A DNA stretch of 64,000 nt from Octopus vulgaris. Taxonomy: Eukaryota. A program made the position numbers and the translations under genes. Under the pieces are notes generated by a model. It did not search any database. It saw only the letters and a program-made list of their open reading frames with translations, and had not been told where the DNA came from. Shown piece by piece: positions 26,256 to 40,794 of the stretch; the first letter of the stretch is position 1, and each line of letters opens with the position of its first letter. The DNA lies in the NCBI GenBank assembly GCA_951406725.2, contig OX597818.1:100874001-100938000 (forward strand), in the 5' to 3' direction.

Positions 26256-29200
26256 CAACATTAAATACAAATAATATCTTAATTTTCAATTAAAATCTAT
26301 ACCTTCCAGCACTTTGTGAATTTGGAGTAATACTCTCTCTCTCACTCTTTCGCCCTCTCTCTCTCAGTCTCTCTCTCTCTCTCACATACACACAAACACA
26401 CAAACACACACTGTATATATAAAGTGCTGCAACATAATATATTCCAGTTTCGAAAATCTTGTTTTGTTTTTGTAGGAAATATTATTAATTTCTTTTGGAC
26501 TTAACAGGCAGGTGCATTCCGAATTCAGTTATATATTTCCTCATTTTTTTAATAATTATGTTATCAGATTATCATAATGAATATTATGGCGATATCGTAT
26601 TACTGGAACAGGTAGAGCATTCATAAATTATTTTATGATTTAAGTAATTTTTGTTGGAAATCTAAATGGTTTCAGTTTTATATCCACTATCATTTTATTC
26701 ACTTTTGTGCATTAAGTTTTGGCGTGTTCATTTTATGCCTGTGAAATTTCTTAATAATTCCTCTCTATGAAATATTCTCTTTCAGTCAACTTTTCTGTCA
26801 TGCATTGGGAGCAAGTTTCTCAACGGAATTTCACGTAAATTTTCTTACAGAATTAGTGCATTGTGTTTAAATTATTTCAATTCCTTAATGTAGTTGATTA
26901 AATAAATAAAATAAATGAGCCCTTTTAAAGCCTAGCCAGGCTCATGGGTCCGGTTTCCCGGTTTCAATGGCGTATGTGTTACCCTGCTGGACGGGATGCC
27001 AGTCCATCGCAGCAATGTAGTTGATTAATGTAATTTAAAATCGAGGGAATCCATAAGTGGGACATGATGAATTTTAATTAGTATAACTGCTATTCGTATA
27101 TAAGGGATCATATCAAAAAGTATCCTGAGCTGGTGCTATACAAAGCAAACTACATGTATTCACTTGGCATTTTATGTTCTTCGAAATAGGCTCCTTCTCG
27201 AGCGACACACATTATCCAGCATCGTTTCTATTGATGGAAGTATTTCTTAGACTCCTTTTTGTGGATAGCGAGCCGCTGCCTTTTCGCATTCACTTGGATT
27301 TCCATGACATCTTGAAGACCTCTAACTTTCAGGAGGGATTTATTTTTCGGCAAGAATCTCGGCCGTAATAATCTTCAGTCGTGTCTCCTCCCTCACTCAC
27401 TTTCACACACACGCACGCACACACGCACGCACACATACATACACACACTTATTTTCTCTGACATAGTCACGAGAGGAAATTCTGTGGTATTGTGAAACAG
27501 TCATGCCCTACACTCTACTTCGAAATACAACCATAAACAACGGAAGCGAACGAAAACCTTATCATTAAATGTGCCAGCGCAACAGATCTGAAGGCCAATA
27601 TGTGCCAAATGGCTATACTCCGAGTACTTGAGCTCCGTAACCATCAGTTCAAAATCCGAAGATAAGACATAAATGTAGTAATGCTTAGTAGACTATATTT
27701 CAGTGAGGAGGAGTAAATCTGAAATATTACCATTGTAATGGAAGCTGATGATGTTTCTATAACTTAGTTTAACGCTTTACTCTGCGAAAGCTAAAAACGT
27801 ACTCGTTGTCTCTCACCTATAAACATACTGCTTTATCGTATGAGCCATGTACAACGATTCCGTAAAAGTGTACCTCATTCACAGAGGCGCTGGTATTCTA
27901 TCCATATCAGAAACGTTTAAATCATTTTACCCAGCAGTTTTTCTTGTTTATTTCTTCTGTAATTGCTTTGTTGTTTCGTAACTGTCATTTTAAAGATGTT
28001 TTGTATATCATCATTTATATCCTGGCCCCTGTTCTTTCACAATTATTGAAAATTTACTGTAAACACTTGCCTATTTTTGTTTATCTTCTTGATTCATTGT
28101 GGAAGATAAGATATGTATGGGTTAGTAATCAATATGGTTTTCTTTCACATGCTTTTCACTGTGTGCCGTTCAAAAGCTGCATCGTTTACTTTCAACATAT
28201 AGCTCGGCTACTAACCCCGATATTTTGAGTTCGATTCCAGGCAGTGACCTGAATAATAATAAAACTGATGAGGGCTGGAGGGTATATCAGCCAAAATGTT
28301 GTGTTAACAACAAACAAGATGAGGACAAATATCCGTCAAATGTAAATAATGTATATGGATTATACTTCCATAAATTTGTGGATAAATGTTTCATTGTTTC
28401 TGTTGAAATGCAACTCGTTATCATTTTTGGATGTTCTTTCTTGTTCATATTCTATACTTACCAAGATACACCCATGGACTCTCTTTTACTGATGCACTCA
28501 ATACACAGTTACGACTTTACATTCGATGAATGTATTTTTATCATGTTTATAGCTTTGGTTTTGTATAACGGAATTAAATTTAATTCCTCTATATTAATTA
28601 TGAACATCAGTACGGATTGCAAGATCATTTTGTGCGCACATGCTTTAAAGATTGCATAAATAACTAAGTCATTTATTTGTTTACTGACAACACAAAGTGG
28701 ATTTGAGAATTGTTAACGAGACATTGTAAATTGACAAGCCATTTATCAAATATTCATCATCAATTCTGTGGTCCATATCTTACACAGCACAGTACCATCC
28801 TATTTAATTACATCTCATCTGTTATACTGAATTACGGAAACTATACAATCTACCTGTGGTTATTCATAAAGAAGAATGAAAAGCTTAAACGGTAGTTAAA
28901 AACGCTTATTGAATTTCTCGTACATGGCATATAGTGATGCCTTTCGAGAAATTGTGTGCCTCTTGGACGTTCTAATTTATATAGATTTCTATTCTTACTT
29001 TCCCATTAAACATGCACAGGCGATGTATTTCCGGTTAGCGTGAAGAAGGAGATGAAACATTCAGTTGCATGCATATCAATACTTTATGAATGTAATTAAA
29101 ATAAGTAATTAAAAATTATTGATATGAAGGAGATCTGCTCGCATGCTTCGCATTTTATCTGCATACTTGCGTTAAATTAATTATCAGGTGAATAAAGATA

Positions 29201-29322
29201 TATATAAGAATTAAGCAAACAACTTTGAACATTCCAATACTTCATTAACCGCTGACATATTTCAATCTCCTACTTTTCCCGTCTCTCCATCTCCCCCCTC
29301 TCTCTTTCCGTGTATATATATA

Positions 29323-29380
<58 letters not shown>

Positions 29381-29457
29381 TAAATCTTAGGGTAACCAAA
29401 AAATTTTAGAAAAATTCTTGAAAAATTCTCCGCCACCAGTGGTCTAGCGAGAAGGAA

Positions 29458-29799
29458 ATAGTCAATAGGCTATATAATATACATTTAAACACATATATAG
29501 TCAATAGGCTATATAATATACATTTAAACACATATATAGTCAATAGGCTATATAATATACATTTAAACACATAAGAGGCGACCATAATAGGACATCTGAC
29601 TCACTAGAAAGAGCAGTTAAACTCCAAACCTCTAATAGTTGTAATTTTGAAAAGGAAAGAGAAATAAGATCGTTTAGATAGGGTAAACGTTTTTATTTCT
29701 CTTTCCCTTTCAGAATTACAACAATTAGAGGTTTGGAGTTTAACTGCTCTTTCTAGTCAGTCAGATGTCCTATTATGGTCGTCTCTTATGTGTTTAAAT
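29458..29799. repeat. Three 39-bp tandem copies running into an inverted repeat with ~107-bp arms
   Basis: GTCAATAGG at 29461, 29500 and 29539; arms 29561-29667 and 29693-29799 with a few mismatches. Confidence 0.88.
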
Positions 29800-29880
29800 A
29801 TATATACACACCGGAGTAAGCACACAAATGTGAAACAAGTTGGAAAAAGAGCATTCAAATACCAGAAGTAGAGTAATACG

Positions 29881-29982
29881 TTTTATTTAAAAGCAGCAGA
29901 AATATAACAAAAGCTGTTATTCTGAGTAACGTGAAACTCTAAGTAACAGTTTTTGTTATATTTCTGCTGCTTTTAAATAAAA
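29881..29982. repeat. Inverted repeat with ~47-bp arms in a Penelope-type remnant
   Basis: TTTTATTTAAAAGCAGCAGAAATATAACAAAA and its reverse complement; the upstream part resembles 19860-19980. Confidence 0.8.
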
Positions 29983-30044
29983 TACACACACACACACACA
30001 CATCTAAAAACCATGTTAGAACATTCACCAAAAAGCAGAATTAT

Positions 30045-30598
30045 AATGGTTAGTAAAATTGACTAGAGTTTTAAAAAACACCTACGTAGCTAGAAATGAT
30101 AGCTAAAATGCTTTAAGGTGGCAGTTAATGCACATGAATGAAAACATACACTAATAGGGACCATAACTGTCCGAAAACTATCGACCGACAATTCTTAATA
30201 CTGACGCGTCCGTTTCGGCAATTTCTGTTGCCATCAGCAGTTAAACCAGCTTGGTGTTCGGCTATTTCAGGACCTGTTTCTCTATTAGCATATGTGTCTT
30301 CGTCGCCCAAATTAATGATTTAGCGATTCACTAATGTGTATACACAAATTTAATGTAAACAGCAGGCTGCAATGTTTCACTTAAATAGCCGAACAGAGAG
30401 CTGGCTTAATTGATCATGGCAACGAAAATTGCCAAAATTGACGCATCAGTCTTAAGAATTATTTTTCGGACAATTATGGTCTCTGTTAATGCATATGTTT
30501 TCATTCATGTGCGTTTACTACAGTATTAAAATATTTTAGCTCTTATTTCTAGCAATGTAGGTGCTTTTTAACATCCTAGTCACATTTAGTGACAATTT
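30045..30598. mobile_element. Foldback element/MITE with long imperfect TIRs (~220 bp)
   Basis: ~30050-30268 is a diverged reverse complement of ~30382-30597. Confidence 0.75.
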
Positions 30599-30619
30599 AA
30601 CATATAAACATACATACAT

Positions 30620-31015
30620 ACTGTTTTACTCTTGTATTTGTTTCAGACATTTGACTGCGGACATGCTGGAGCACATCCTTTAGTTGAGCAAATCGACTCC
30701 AGGACTTATTCTTTGTAAGCCCAGTACTTAGTCTGTCGGTGTCTTTTGCCGAACAGTTAAGTGACGGTGACATGAACACACCAGTATTGCTTGTCAAGCA
30801 ATGCTAGTTGGACAAACACAGGCACACAAGCATACACACACACACGTATATATACATATATACTACGGGCTTCTTTTAGTTTTCGTCTACCAAATCCGCT
30901 GACAAGGGTTTGGTCGGCCCGAGGCTATAGCAGGAGACACTTGTCCAAGATTCCACGCAGTGGGAAGGAACCCGGAACTATGTGGCTGGTATGCAATCTA
31001 CTTACCACTTCTGAG

Positions 31016-31018
<3 letters not shown>
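30620..31018 (-). mobile_element. tRNA-derived CORE-type SINE
   Basis: Minus strand has a tRNA-like head, then TTGGACAAGTGTCTCCTGCTATAGCCTCGGGCCGACC and an internal (TG)n tract. Confidence 0.65.
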
Positions 31019-31063
<45 letters not shown>

Positions 31064-31064
<1 letters not shown>

Positions 31065-31317
31065 TAGCAGTATTGCCCGGCTCGTGCGTTGGTGCGTTCT
31101 ATGCACGCGTGAATTAAGCTAAGCTTGGATGAAGTGAAATCAAAATTCAATTATTTTGGTTTTAAAATCAAGCATTTAATGGCCTCTATTTTTGTGCTTA
31201 TGTGTTCTATTTCCTCAATAGGAAGTACGTAGAAGCATTTCATAAATTTTTGTTGATCAAACAATTGCACATACACAGATACACACAGACACAAGTTGAG
31301 TTTTATATATATATAGA
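31064..31317 (-). mobile_element. Non-autonomous Helitron
   Basis: Minus strand begins TCTATATATATAAAACT..GTGTCTGTG and ends GCCGGGCAATACTGCTAG before T. Confidence 0.65.
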
Positions 31318-31397
31318 TATATTTAATTGAATTTTTAAATTTAAAACCATAGGGGTCAACATCTAGCATATGGATTTGCACTTAGTGGTCATCCCTC

Positions 31398-31470
<73 letters not shown>

Positions 31471-32228
31471 GGACATAATTGTCGTTATATTGTTATTAAT
31501 AACATGAAATGATGAAATCTTAATATAGATGTTGTTACTTTATTGTAATGACCGAAGTTGTAGGATTGAAATTACATCCATATGAATGACGGGTGAATAA
31601 ACTTCGCCACGTATTTTTCATACCAGAGGAATAGAAACAACCATGAATGTGGTCAGGAGATGAAGAGAGGAACAGGTTTAAAAGCGTATTAGAATTCTGA
31701 ATATTTCTCATTGTTTAAATTATTATAGCTGTCAATCCTCTGAACAGCTGTGAGTTAGCGTGTCTACCAAATCGGGTTTAGAAATGGAGAGGCAACCACA
31801 TTTAATTGGTTCGTAATATGGTGTGCGCCGTAGAACAGCATTTATTTTGGATTACGCTAACGTATTCAAAAAGACCAAGTGATGGAGAGAGTAACAAACG
31901 AATTCCTTCAATAATGAGCGAAACATACTAATTATTCCTTTGGGTGTAGCAGTTGCAATAACATTTAGCTTTTGTGCGTGTGGGTGTTTGTAGCTGCTCA
32001 GATTACGGATTTAAAATGCGTGTTACTGTATTAGCTTAGAAACAGGTCAATAATCTCCACAGAATGAATGCTAATCAACGCTCTCGATTGGGTAATGAGA
32101 AATACTATTTGAAGAATCCGAGAAATAGTAAGATCAACAATCTTCAGACGATGCAGTGATTTCCCTTTAATGAATTGTTTTCCCTCTCTCTCCCTCTCTC
32201 TTTTTCTTTATCTCACTTTCTCTCTGTT

Positions 32229-32630
<402 letters not shown>

Positions 32631-33329
32631 CATATAAGTGTGTTTACGTGTATCAGTTTGTGTCTTTGTGTATTAGAATATATGTTCTTTACTGTTTGTT
32701 TTACAAAACTGCGCCTGCTGAATATTAGACGTGCTTGCCTTTCCTCAAGTGTATAGATAGGCGATGTAATCGATTTTTAATGGTTTTAGGTCGGAATCAT
32801 CCCAAGTTCATGCTTGCTATTGTGTCTTTCCTCAATACTAAATTTTATGATGTTATTGTTTATGGTTCGATTTAGAGCTTTAGTTTGTATAAGTTGTATT
32901 GTCATTTACGTGTTGTATCTGTATACCTCAGTAACCTATTTAGCAGGGAAATTATGTTCGGTAAATTGGCAAACACCGGATCTAAATAATAACATTCGAA
33001 ATAATATAGCATCGCAATAATTGATATATTCTATCACCAATCAAGCATCATAATGCTTATTTACGCTGCTGTCTTCTTTCTAGTCATTAGAAAATATGTT
33101 TTGTCAAGGGTAAAAGTTAATATCATTGTATGCCCCGTGGGATTTATGGATGAAAATAGAGTTATAAATGATAAACATTATCTTCAAACGGAGAAACGGT
33201 CCGAATGCTTCGTTCAAATTATCCAAGTGCCTATTGGCAATGGAAAACCGTTTATATCTAATCTTAAATAAGAAGTTTATAATTGAAAGTTATAATTAGT
33301 TTATGTTTGGTGTAAAAAAAAGTCATTAC

Positions 33330-34640
33330 GTATTGAAATGCCAAATGGGTAAAGAATAAAATTGGTTGGAAAAGAGTGTTCTATAGATATGTGGGGAAAG
33401 TAGAGGCAGGTGAAAAGATAAAAGATAAAAGGTGAGTAAGAGAATATTTTGAAGTTGAATTCAAAAAATGTTGATGCAAAATGAATGCAAGAGCAGTACT
33501 GGTAATAACATGCGGAATTGGAATTGTAGATTGGAACAAAAACAACATGCAGAATCTTGACAGAAAAAAATTAGAAAGTTGTTAAGAATATATGAAACAC
33601 TTTACTCGAAAGGTGATATCTACAGTTGTACATGAAGAGAGATCAGAGTGTAAGTGGTATAAATTGCCCTGGAAGAGTGTATACTAACGTAAAGAAAAAT
33701 TGTAGAGGAACATTTCTAGATCAGCACAGGGAAATTATTAAAGGTAGTGTATAATGAACACATGATGAAATGTGGATTGGGAGGAGGAAAGGATAAGAAA
33801 CATCTAAAGAAAGCCTGTAAAACAGATCGAAGATAAACCTTTTCAAGGTCAGTTTTAGAAAGCAGCTGACTATGTATGTGGATAAAAAACGTGGGCCTCT
33901 TTGAAAAATAGGGAATTAAAATGTCCAAGAAACTGTGTCTTATAATAGCAGCTCAAGATCAATCACTAAAAACAAGCAACTAGAGAAAATATGTATATGA
34001 GGAAAAGGCGGCAGCAAAATGTAGAGAGTGTGCTATGTAGAATGAAGTAATGACACACATTGTTGCAGAATGTTCCAAATAGGCCCTGGGAGAATATTAG
34101 AAATGGAGGCATGACCAAGTTTTACAATGGAAGCCTTGTCAGAAATGGGGATTTGAAGCTGTAGGTAATCAATATGATCATCAGGTCGAAAGTGTGCTGG
34201 GATCGAATGAAATGCAAAATTTTATGAGATTTTCCAATTCAATCGGATAAGAAGCTAGAAGATAATAAACCAAAAATTTATAATAATGAACAAGGAAACG
34301 TGAAATTGGTTACCAAATGGTATATCATGTCCTTTTTATTATTGTAAAGAGGATGAAAAATTAATGAATACATTCGTTTAAAAGTTGAAATTACAAGAAA
34401 TTCATCTGAAAACTGTGAAGGTTGTGCTGTAATAATTTGTGCATTAGGAACTGTGAGTAAAGATATAGATAAATGTTTGACTGAAATTGGAATAGAATAC
34501 CCTGTAGATCTTCTACTAATCGTTTACCTCTTCGAGACATGAAAGATTATCAGGAAAGTTTTAAGCACTTGAAAGCCTACTGGACGTTTGGAAATACATA
34601 TGGCTGCACGTAATAACCCGCTGCCCACTTAAATTTTATC
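33330..34640 (+). mobile_element. Old, degraded R4/Dong-like LINE, 3' half (different subfamily)
   Basis: AAQDQSLKT, CREC..MTHIVAEC and WRHDQV motifs with many stops; followed by (AAT)n. Confidence 0.7.
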
Positions 34641-34662
34641 AGTCAAAAATAACAATAATGGC

Positions 34663-34773
<111 letters not shown>

Positions 34774-34774
34774 T

Positions 34775-35364
34775 AATATATTCACAGACATGACAGAGTT
34801 GGAACCTACATACATTGGAAGCTATGCCAACATTATGGAATAACAACAGAAAAACGATGGTATAGGCACACACCAGAAAAGGTCACAGAAAACGAGAAAG
34901 CAACCATACTCTGGGATATGCCGATACACACAGATAGAGAAATTAAGGCCAACAGACCAGATATAGTTGTCAGAGATCATGAAGAAAAAAATGCTTTCTA
35001 ATTGATGTATCAATACCGGCAGATGACAACGTGTCTCTAAAAGAAATGGAGAAACTCTCAAAATACAAAGACCTGGAAATAGAGGTAACTAGAATGTGGA
35101 ATCTGAAAACAGAAACAATTCCTATCATAGTAGGTGCATTAGGCATGATAAAAAAATATTCAGACAAATACATAACAAAAACACCAGGACTTACAAACAC
35201 ATATAACATACAGAAAATTGCACTACTAGGCACTGCACACATCCTACGCAGAACACTTTCCATACAATAACCATCAGAGCATCACAACAAATCACAGCAC
35301 ATACCCAAGGCACACATATCTGCGTTCGGTAGTGAAGTGAAAGCACGCTATAAAAATAAAACTA

Positions 35365-35368
<4 letters not shown>
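34775..35368 (+). mobile_element. 5'-truncated young R4/Dong-like copy
   Basis: Nearly identical to 3614-4207, including the 5' junction; AAT flanks. Confidence 0.9.
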
Positions 35369-35402
<34 letters not shown>

Positions 35403-35429
35403 TAATAAATAAGTAATAACCGATTCATT

Positions 35430-37845
35430 TATTGGCCACAAGAGCCAAGTGGAGGAATTGTGGAAAAAATACGGTCGACGAAAGCACAACACCAGAAAAG
35501 ATCCATCAAAATAAAAAACAAAACAGTCCATGGGAAAAATCTGGGCACCTATAACAACAGAAGAGGTCACACGCGTACTGCAAAAACCAAGCAACTGGAA
35601 GGCATCCGGGCACGACAGGATCCCAAATTCAGATTAAAATATCTAACAAGAACATATAAAACGCTAACTGAGCAATTTAATGAAATACTAGCAGAGCCAG
35701 AGACGATGCCAGAATAACTGATATTCGAATATCAAAATTCAATGACACAGCAAACTCTATATTACAGACCGATAACTTTTGTCCCTACAATTTACAAAGC
35801 CTTTATTGCAATAATATCGCAAAAAATGGGCAAACATTTGGAAGAAAACATCCTGTTTTCTGAAGAGCAGAAGGGATGCTACAAAGGCTCAAACAGATGT
35901 AAATATCAGCTATTGATCATTAAAACCATTACTGAAGACAGTCATAGGAAAACTAAGGGTCTAAGTGTACTTGGGATTGATTATCGAAAAAACGGTCTAT
36001 AGTATTCCTTATACATATAGTTATGAAGAAGGTAGCACCCATAGTCATAAAATATATAAAACATTCCATAAATAAGTGGCAAACAGTACTACGGGTCCAG
36101 ACAGAAGAAGGACTTATGAAAACCAAAGCCATCCTCATTAGAAGAGCAATATTTCAGGAAGGCACCCTCTCTCCAATCCGTTTCTGCTTGGCACTGACAC
36201 CTTGATATGACATGCTAAGCAGAAGTGGATGTGGATACAATTGCTACAGCAAAATAATTAACCACCTCTTGTATATGGAGGATCTAAAACTGTATGCTGC
36301 AAATGATAAACAGCTTGAAACATTACTGCAGCCAATTCATGAATTTACCAAAGAAAGAAACATAAAATTTACCTTGGAAAAATATTCCAAAGCAACATTG
36401 AAAAGAAGAAAATTAGTTAGGAATAACAAATTCACACTCGATAAATCAAATGAATAAGGGGGTTAGACCAAAGCCAGACATACAAGAACTTAGGCATCAA
36501 TGAACTAGATACGATGCAAAGCACACAAAAGAAAAAGAATATAAGAAAGGCTTACTATAGACGAATGAGATTAATACTGAAAACAGAGCTCAATGCGAAA
36601 AGCAAGTTCATAGATATCAACACTCTAACGGTCATAGTTATCTGTTACAACTACAATATTATTAACTGGACTAATCAAATGAACTAATCAAAATAGACAG
36701 GAAAGAAGAAAAATAATGACAGGATCTGAGATGCAGCACCCAAGATCTCATATACACATTTTATATATACGACATATTGAAGGTGGTAGAGGCCTTATAC
36801 ACCTAGAAAACTATTACAAAATAACCACCATAGGATTACAGAAGGCCCTACTTTAGACGCATGGAAAACTCATACAAATAGCCACAAAACACGAACAAAG
36901 CAACAAAACTGTTTTCTTTTTCTTTAGGGAACCTGACAAATCCAAAAATAAATCATATTACCTAAGAACTATGAAGAAAAAGAAGAAAGAAAATAAGGCT
37001 GTAAATCAACTGAAATCCAAACTAAAACTGGAACGGCAACGGATCGTGATTTGCGATCACTCTATGGCGAATATTTGGCTAAAATATACAGAAAAGAAAT
37101 AGACAAAGCAAAATATCAACAATGGCTGAGAAGCTAAGGACTCAAAAAACCAGGGACTGAAGGATTAATAATTGCAGCACAAGATTAAAGCCTCTCCATT
37201 GGAACTCACTAAAAACACATATTGAAAAGAAATGTGGTAATGGAACAGAAACAATAAATCATATTGTCTATGGCTGTCCAGTCCTTGTTTAGAAGGTATA
37301 TAATCACAGACACGAACCTGTATACACTGGAAGCTGTACCGACACAATGCAATAACAATAGAAAAAGATGATATAGGCACACCCCAGAAAAGGTTACAGG
37401 CAATGAGAGAGCAACAATAATCTGGGATATGACAATATACACACATAGGGAATTCAAGACTAATAGGCCGGATATAGTTGTCAGAGATAGATTACTAAGA
37501 AAACATGCTTTCTAATCGACGTGTCAATACCCACAGATGACAACGTTTCTTTAAGAAAAACGTTGAAACTTGCAAAATAAAAAGATTTGGAAATAGGAGT
37601 AACTCGAATGTAGAGCCTAAAAACAGAAACAATTCCTATTACAGTAGAGACATCAGATATGATAAATATTATTCAGACAAATATATACCAAAATCTGCAG
37701 GATTTGCAAGCATATATAGCACCGCACGCTTCCAACGTAAAACACTTTCAATATTGTGAAAATAAGGCATAACAACCTAAGGCACGCATAACTGCGCTCG
37801 GTAGTGCAGTGAAAGCAAGTAATAAAATTAAGACTACTGAATAAT
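35430..37845 (+). mobile_element. Diverged R4/Dong-like LINE (RT to 3' end), pseudogenised
   Basis: YRPITFVPT, EEQKGC, IFQEGTLSP and YMEDLKLY motifs; collinear with 1510-4207; AAT tail. Confidence 0.85.
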
Positions 37846-37939
37846 AATAAAACGTCTGGAGAAATAAATTGTAATGAACCTGATAAAGATAGCGAGGAAA
37901 GTGTTTAAGAAAAAATATTTTAAGACTATATATTTACTG

Positions 37940-39300
37940 AATAACACAGAGAGTCTATGATAGAACTGAAGCAGAAAATCCTTGATAAGCTCCCAATTCT
38001 AATACACACAAATATACACGATAGAGAACCTCTTCATAAGCTCTCAAATACATTCCTTGAGAGAAGAGAAATTATAATTGGAAACTATGTAAAATACGAA
38101 ATTATGCAAGAACTACAACCAGATCTCACTGAATTTACGCTAAGTATTTAGGCTAAGACAACTCTAAAAAAACGAAGAAAAACTAACCTGAGAAGGATTC
38201 CAAATTGGAAAAGTAAAATTGAAAAAGAGATTGAAATAATGATAGATGAAATATAAATATTGAATTAACTTATCCGTGCAAACAAATTAAAAACCAGAAA
38301 AGGAAGAAAGATGAAGAATAAACATAGATTCTCACCAAGCGAAGACCTGCTATCAGCAAAAGAAACACCGCAACAAAAAATCAGAGCAAAATCTCAAAGA
38401 ATACGAAGATTTGAGAAAAGAAACAAATTTTGCAAGCAAAATAATCTGTTCACATCCAGTGCGAAAACATTCTACAGAGAAACAGGGCAGGGGAAAATAG
38501 CCGTTGAAGACACCCCCGCCATGGATGAAGTTGAAGACTTCTGGAAAAATATCTTAGAATTAAAATGCCGACTGGGTTAGACGCACAGAAAGAACCTAAT
38601 AAAACTTACCAGAACAAGTATGAGAAGACATCACACAGCAGACATACGGAAAATGGAAATCTCCTGGTAATGATAGGATGCCAAATTTCTGACTCGCCTC
38701 ACTCCCGTGAACACACGAAGAGTTGGTCCAGTTATTCAATGAAATTATGAGAGATCCTGTGAAAACACCCGATTGGTTAGCAAGGGGTATTACCTACTGC
38801 TGAACAATAATGAAACCAAACTTTCCCCTAAACTGTCGGCCTAAAACATGTCTATCTACCACGTATAAAATGTTAACGACTATTCTTGTGGAGAAAACAT
38901 ACAATTATATGGAACAGAACGATATTTTCCCCACTGAACTAAAAGGGTGCCGACGAGTCTCATATGGATGCAAGACCAACTTTTAATCAATCGCATGGTC
39001 CTTGAAAACTGTCATAACAAACGTAGAAATCTGTTCTCATTGGATATATTAGAAAAAGGCCTTCGGCATCATGACGCATTCATGGATCATGAAATCATTG
39101 GATATCGTCAAAATTCCTACTGTGATTTCAAGCTTCCTGAAGTACAACCTATCAATCTGAAATACGAATTTACAATTATATCAACTTAATGGAATACTGA
39201 CCGCAAAATATATATCAACTGTGGCATTTTCCAAGATGACTCACTGTCACCTTCAATTTTCTGCATAAGGGAACTCAACAAAACTGTGTATGGATATAAA
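37940..39300 (+). mobile_element. R4/Dong-like LINE 5' part (another subfamily), cut off by a Tc1 element
   Basis: KSQRIRRFEKRNKFCKQNNLF, DQLLINRMVLENC and GIFQDDSLSP motifs. Confidence 0.72.
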
Positions 39301-40300
39301 ATTGGCGTAACGAAAACAGCCTAAATGTTTGGTGTATCAAAAATTACTGTCTCGAAAGTAATGACAGCCTTTGAGAAAGAGGGAAAAACCTCCTCGTCGA
39401 AACATAACTCTGGAAGAAAACCAACATTCTCTGGTAGAGAGCGTCGGATTCTTACGCGATTTGTTAGAAATGATCACAAAAGTACAGCTCCCGAAAGTAC
39501 TTCAGCGGTTAATGACCCCTTCGAGAATCCAGTTAACACACAAAGTGTTCGCCGTGAGCTGCACAAAACCCGATTTCAGGGAGGGCTGTAATCAGAAAGT
39601 CACAAATTTCAAAAACTAACGTTGGAAAGCGTTTACAGTGGAATAAAAACATACAGAATTGAGCCCTAGCGCAGTGGAAGAATGCTATTTTCTCGGATTA
39701 ATTATTCATTACCTTATTTCTGACTACCGGCCGATTATGCATGAGGAGACAGTCAAAAGAAGCATTTGACTCCGACTGTATTCTTCCAACACGGATGAGC
39801 ATCTGTGATGTTTTGGGTGGGTGGGGGCCTTTTCTTTGTAATCCGCTGGCCCAATGGTTTCCTTTCATGGCAGAATTAATAGTCAAGACTATTTAAGCAC
39901 TTTATTTGATCAAATTCATCGTATGTTTGCGGAAGTGTTTCCGGAGGTAAAAACAATATTTTATGATGATAATGCACCAATTCACACAGCTAAAATTTTT
40001 ACTGAATTGCATGAGGATCTTTCTGGTGAAGTTTAACAACTTATCTGGACACTACATTCCCCAGATCTCAATATTATTGAACATGCACGGTGTAAGGAGT
40101 CGATATCCTCCAGCATTATCACTACAAGAACTGGATACTGTTTTAGCTGAAGAATGGACAAAAGCTATTTTGGAAACATTTGAAACAATTGTAATGGAAA
40201 CAATTCAAGCAGTAATTAGTGCCAAAGGCGGTCCTACCCCATATTAAATTAGATTGTTTGGAAGTTTAATGCGTTTCCATTATTTTGTTCAATCTCTCTA
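39301..40300 (+). mobile_element. Tc1-family transposase pseudogene
   Basis: HTH region MFGVSKITVSKV..GRKP, then DDNAPIH, SPDLNIIEH and AVISAKGGPTPY; frameshifts and stops. Confidence 0.85.
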
Positions 40301-40794
40301 AGTTGGAAGGAATGTTGCCCATGTTTTGATATTGAACCCAGAACGGCAGTAAATATTTACAACAGTCACTTAAATTGATCACTCTGTATTGCGTTCCATA
40401 GAAAATCTGATGAAATTTAAGAAACCCGAGATTATGCATGTTGTAATTGCGTATGGTATAGCTTCAAATAAAGATTCATGCAACTGTTGTCATTTTGTTT
40501 CAGGTTTCAAGGTTTATAGATTTGTTTGATAGAAATCATACAGAAGTAACTCAGCTTCAAGACAGGGACAATAAATTTATATGAAATAATCTGAAGGAGG
40601 AAGACTTGTAGAAACATCAATCAGTTTTGCAATAATAACTGAGGGCAACAAAGAAATCGTGTTTGTTCAACATATACACAGATATTTAACTGATCTTTCA
40701 ATACTGTTCCCAAAATAATATAGTTTGTCAAAAGCAGGTATTTGATACCTGCTATCCAAATACTTCTCACTATCGTGCAAAAAGATGCGTGAAC

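Noticed and set aside
40733-40753. 9-bp hairpin AGCAGGTAT/ATACCTGCT near the left R2 junction (also a 12-bp-arm palindrome at 11392-11419)
   Set aside because: Short palindromes are expected by chance in 40 kb of AT-rich DNA; no further support.
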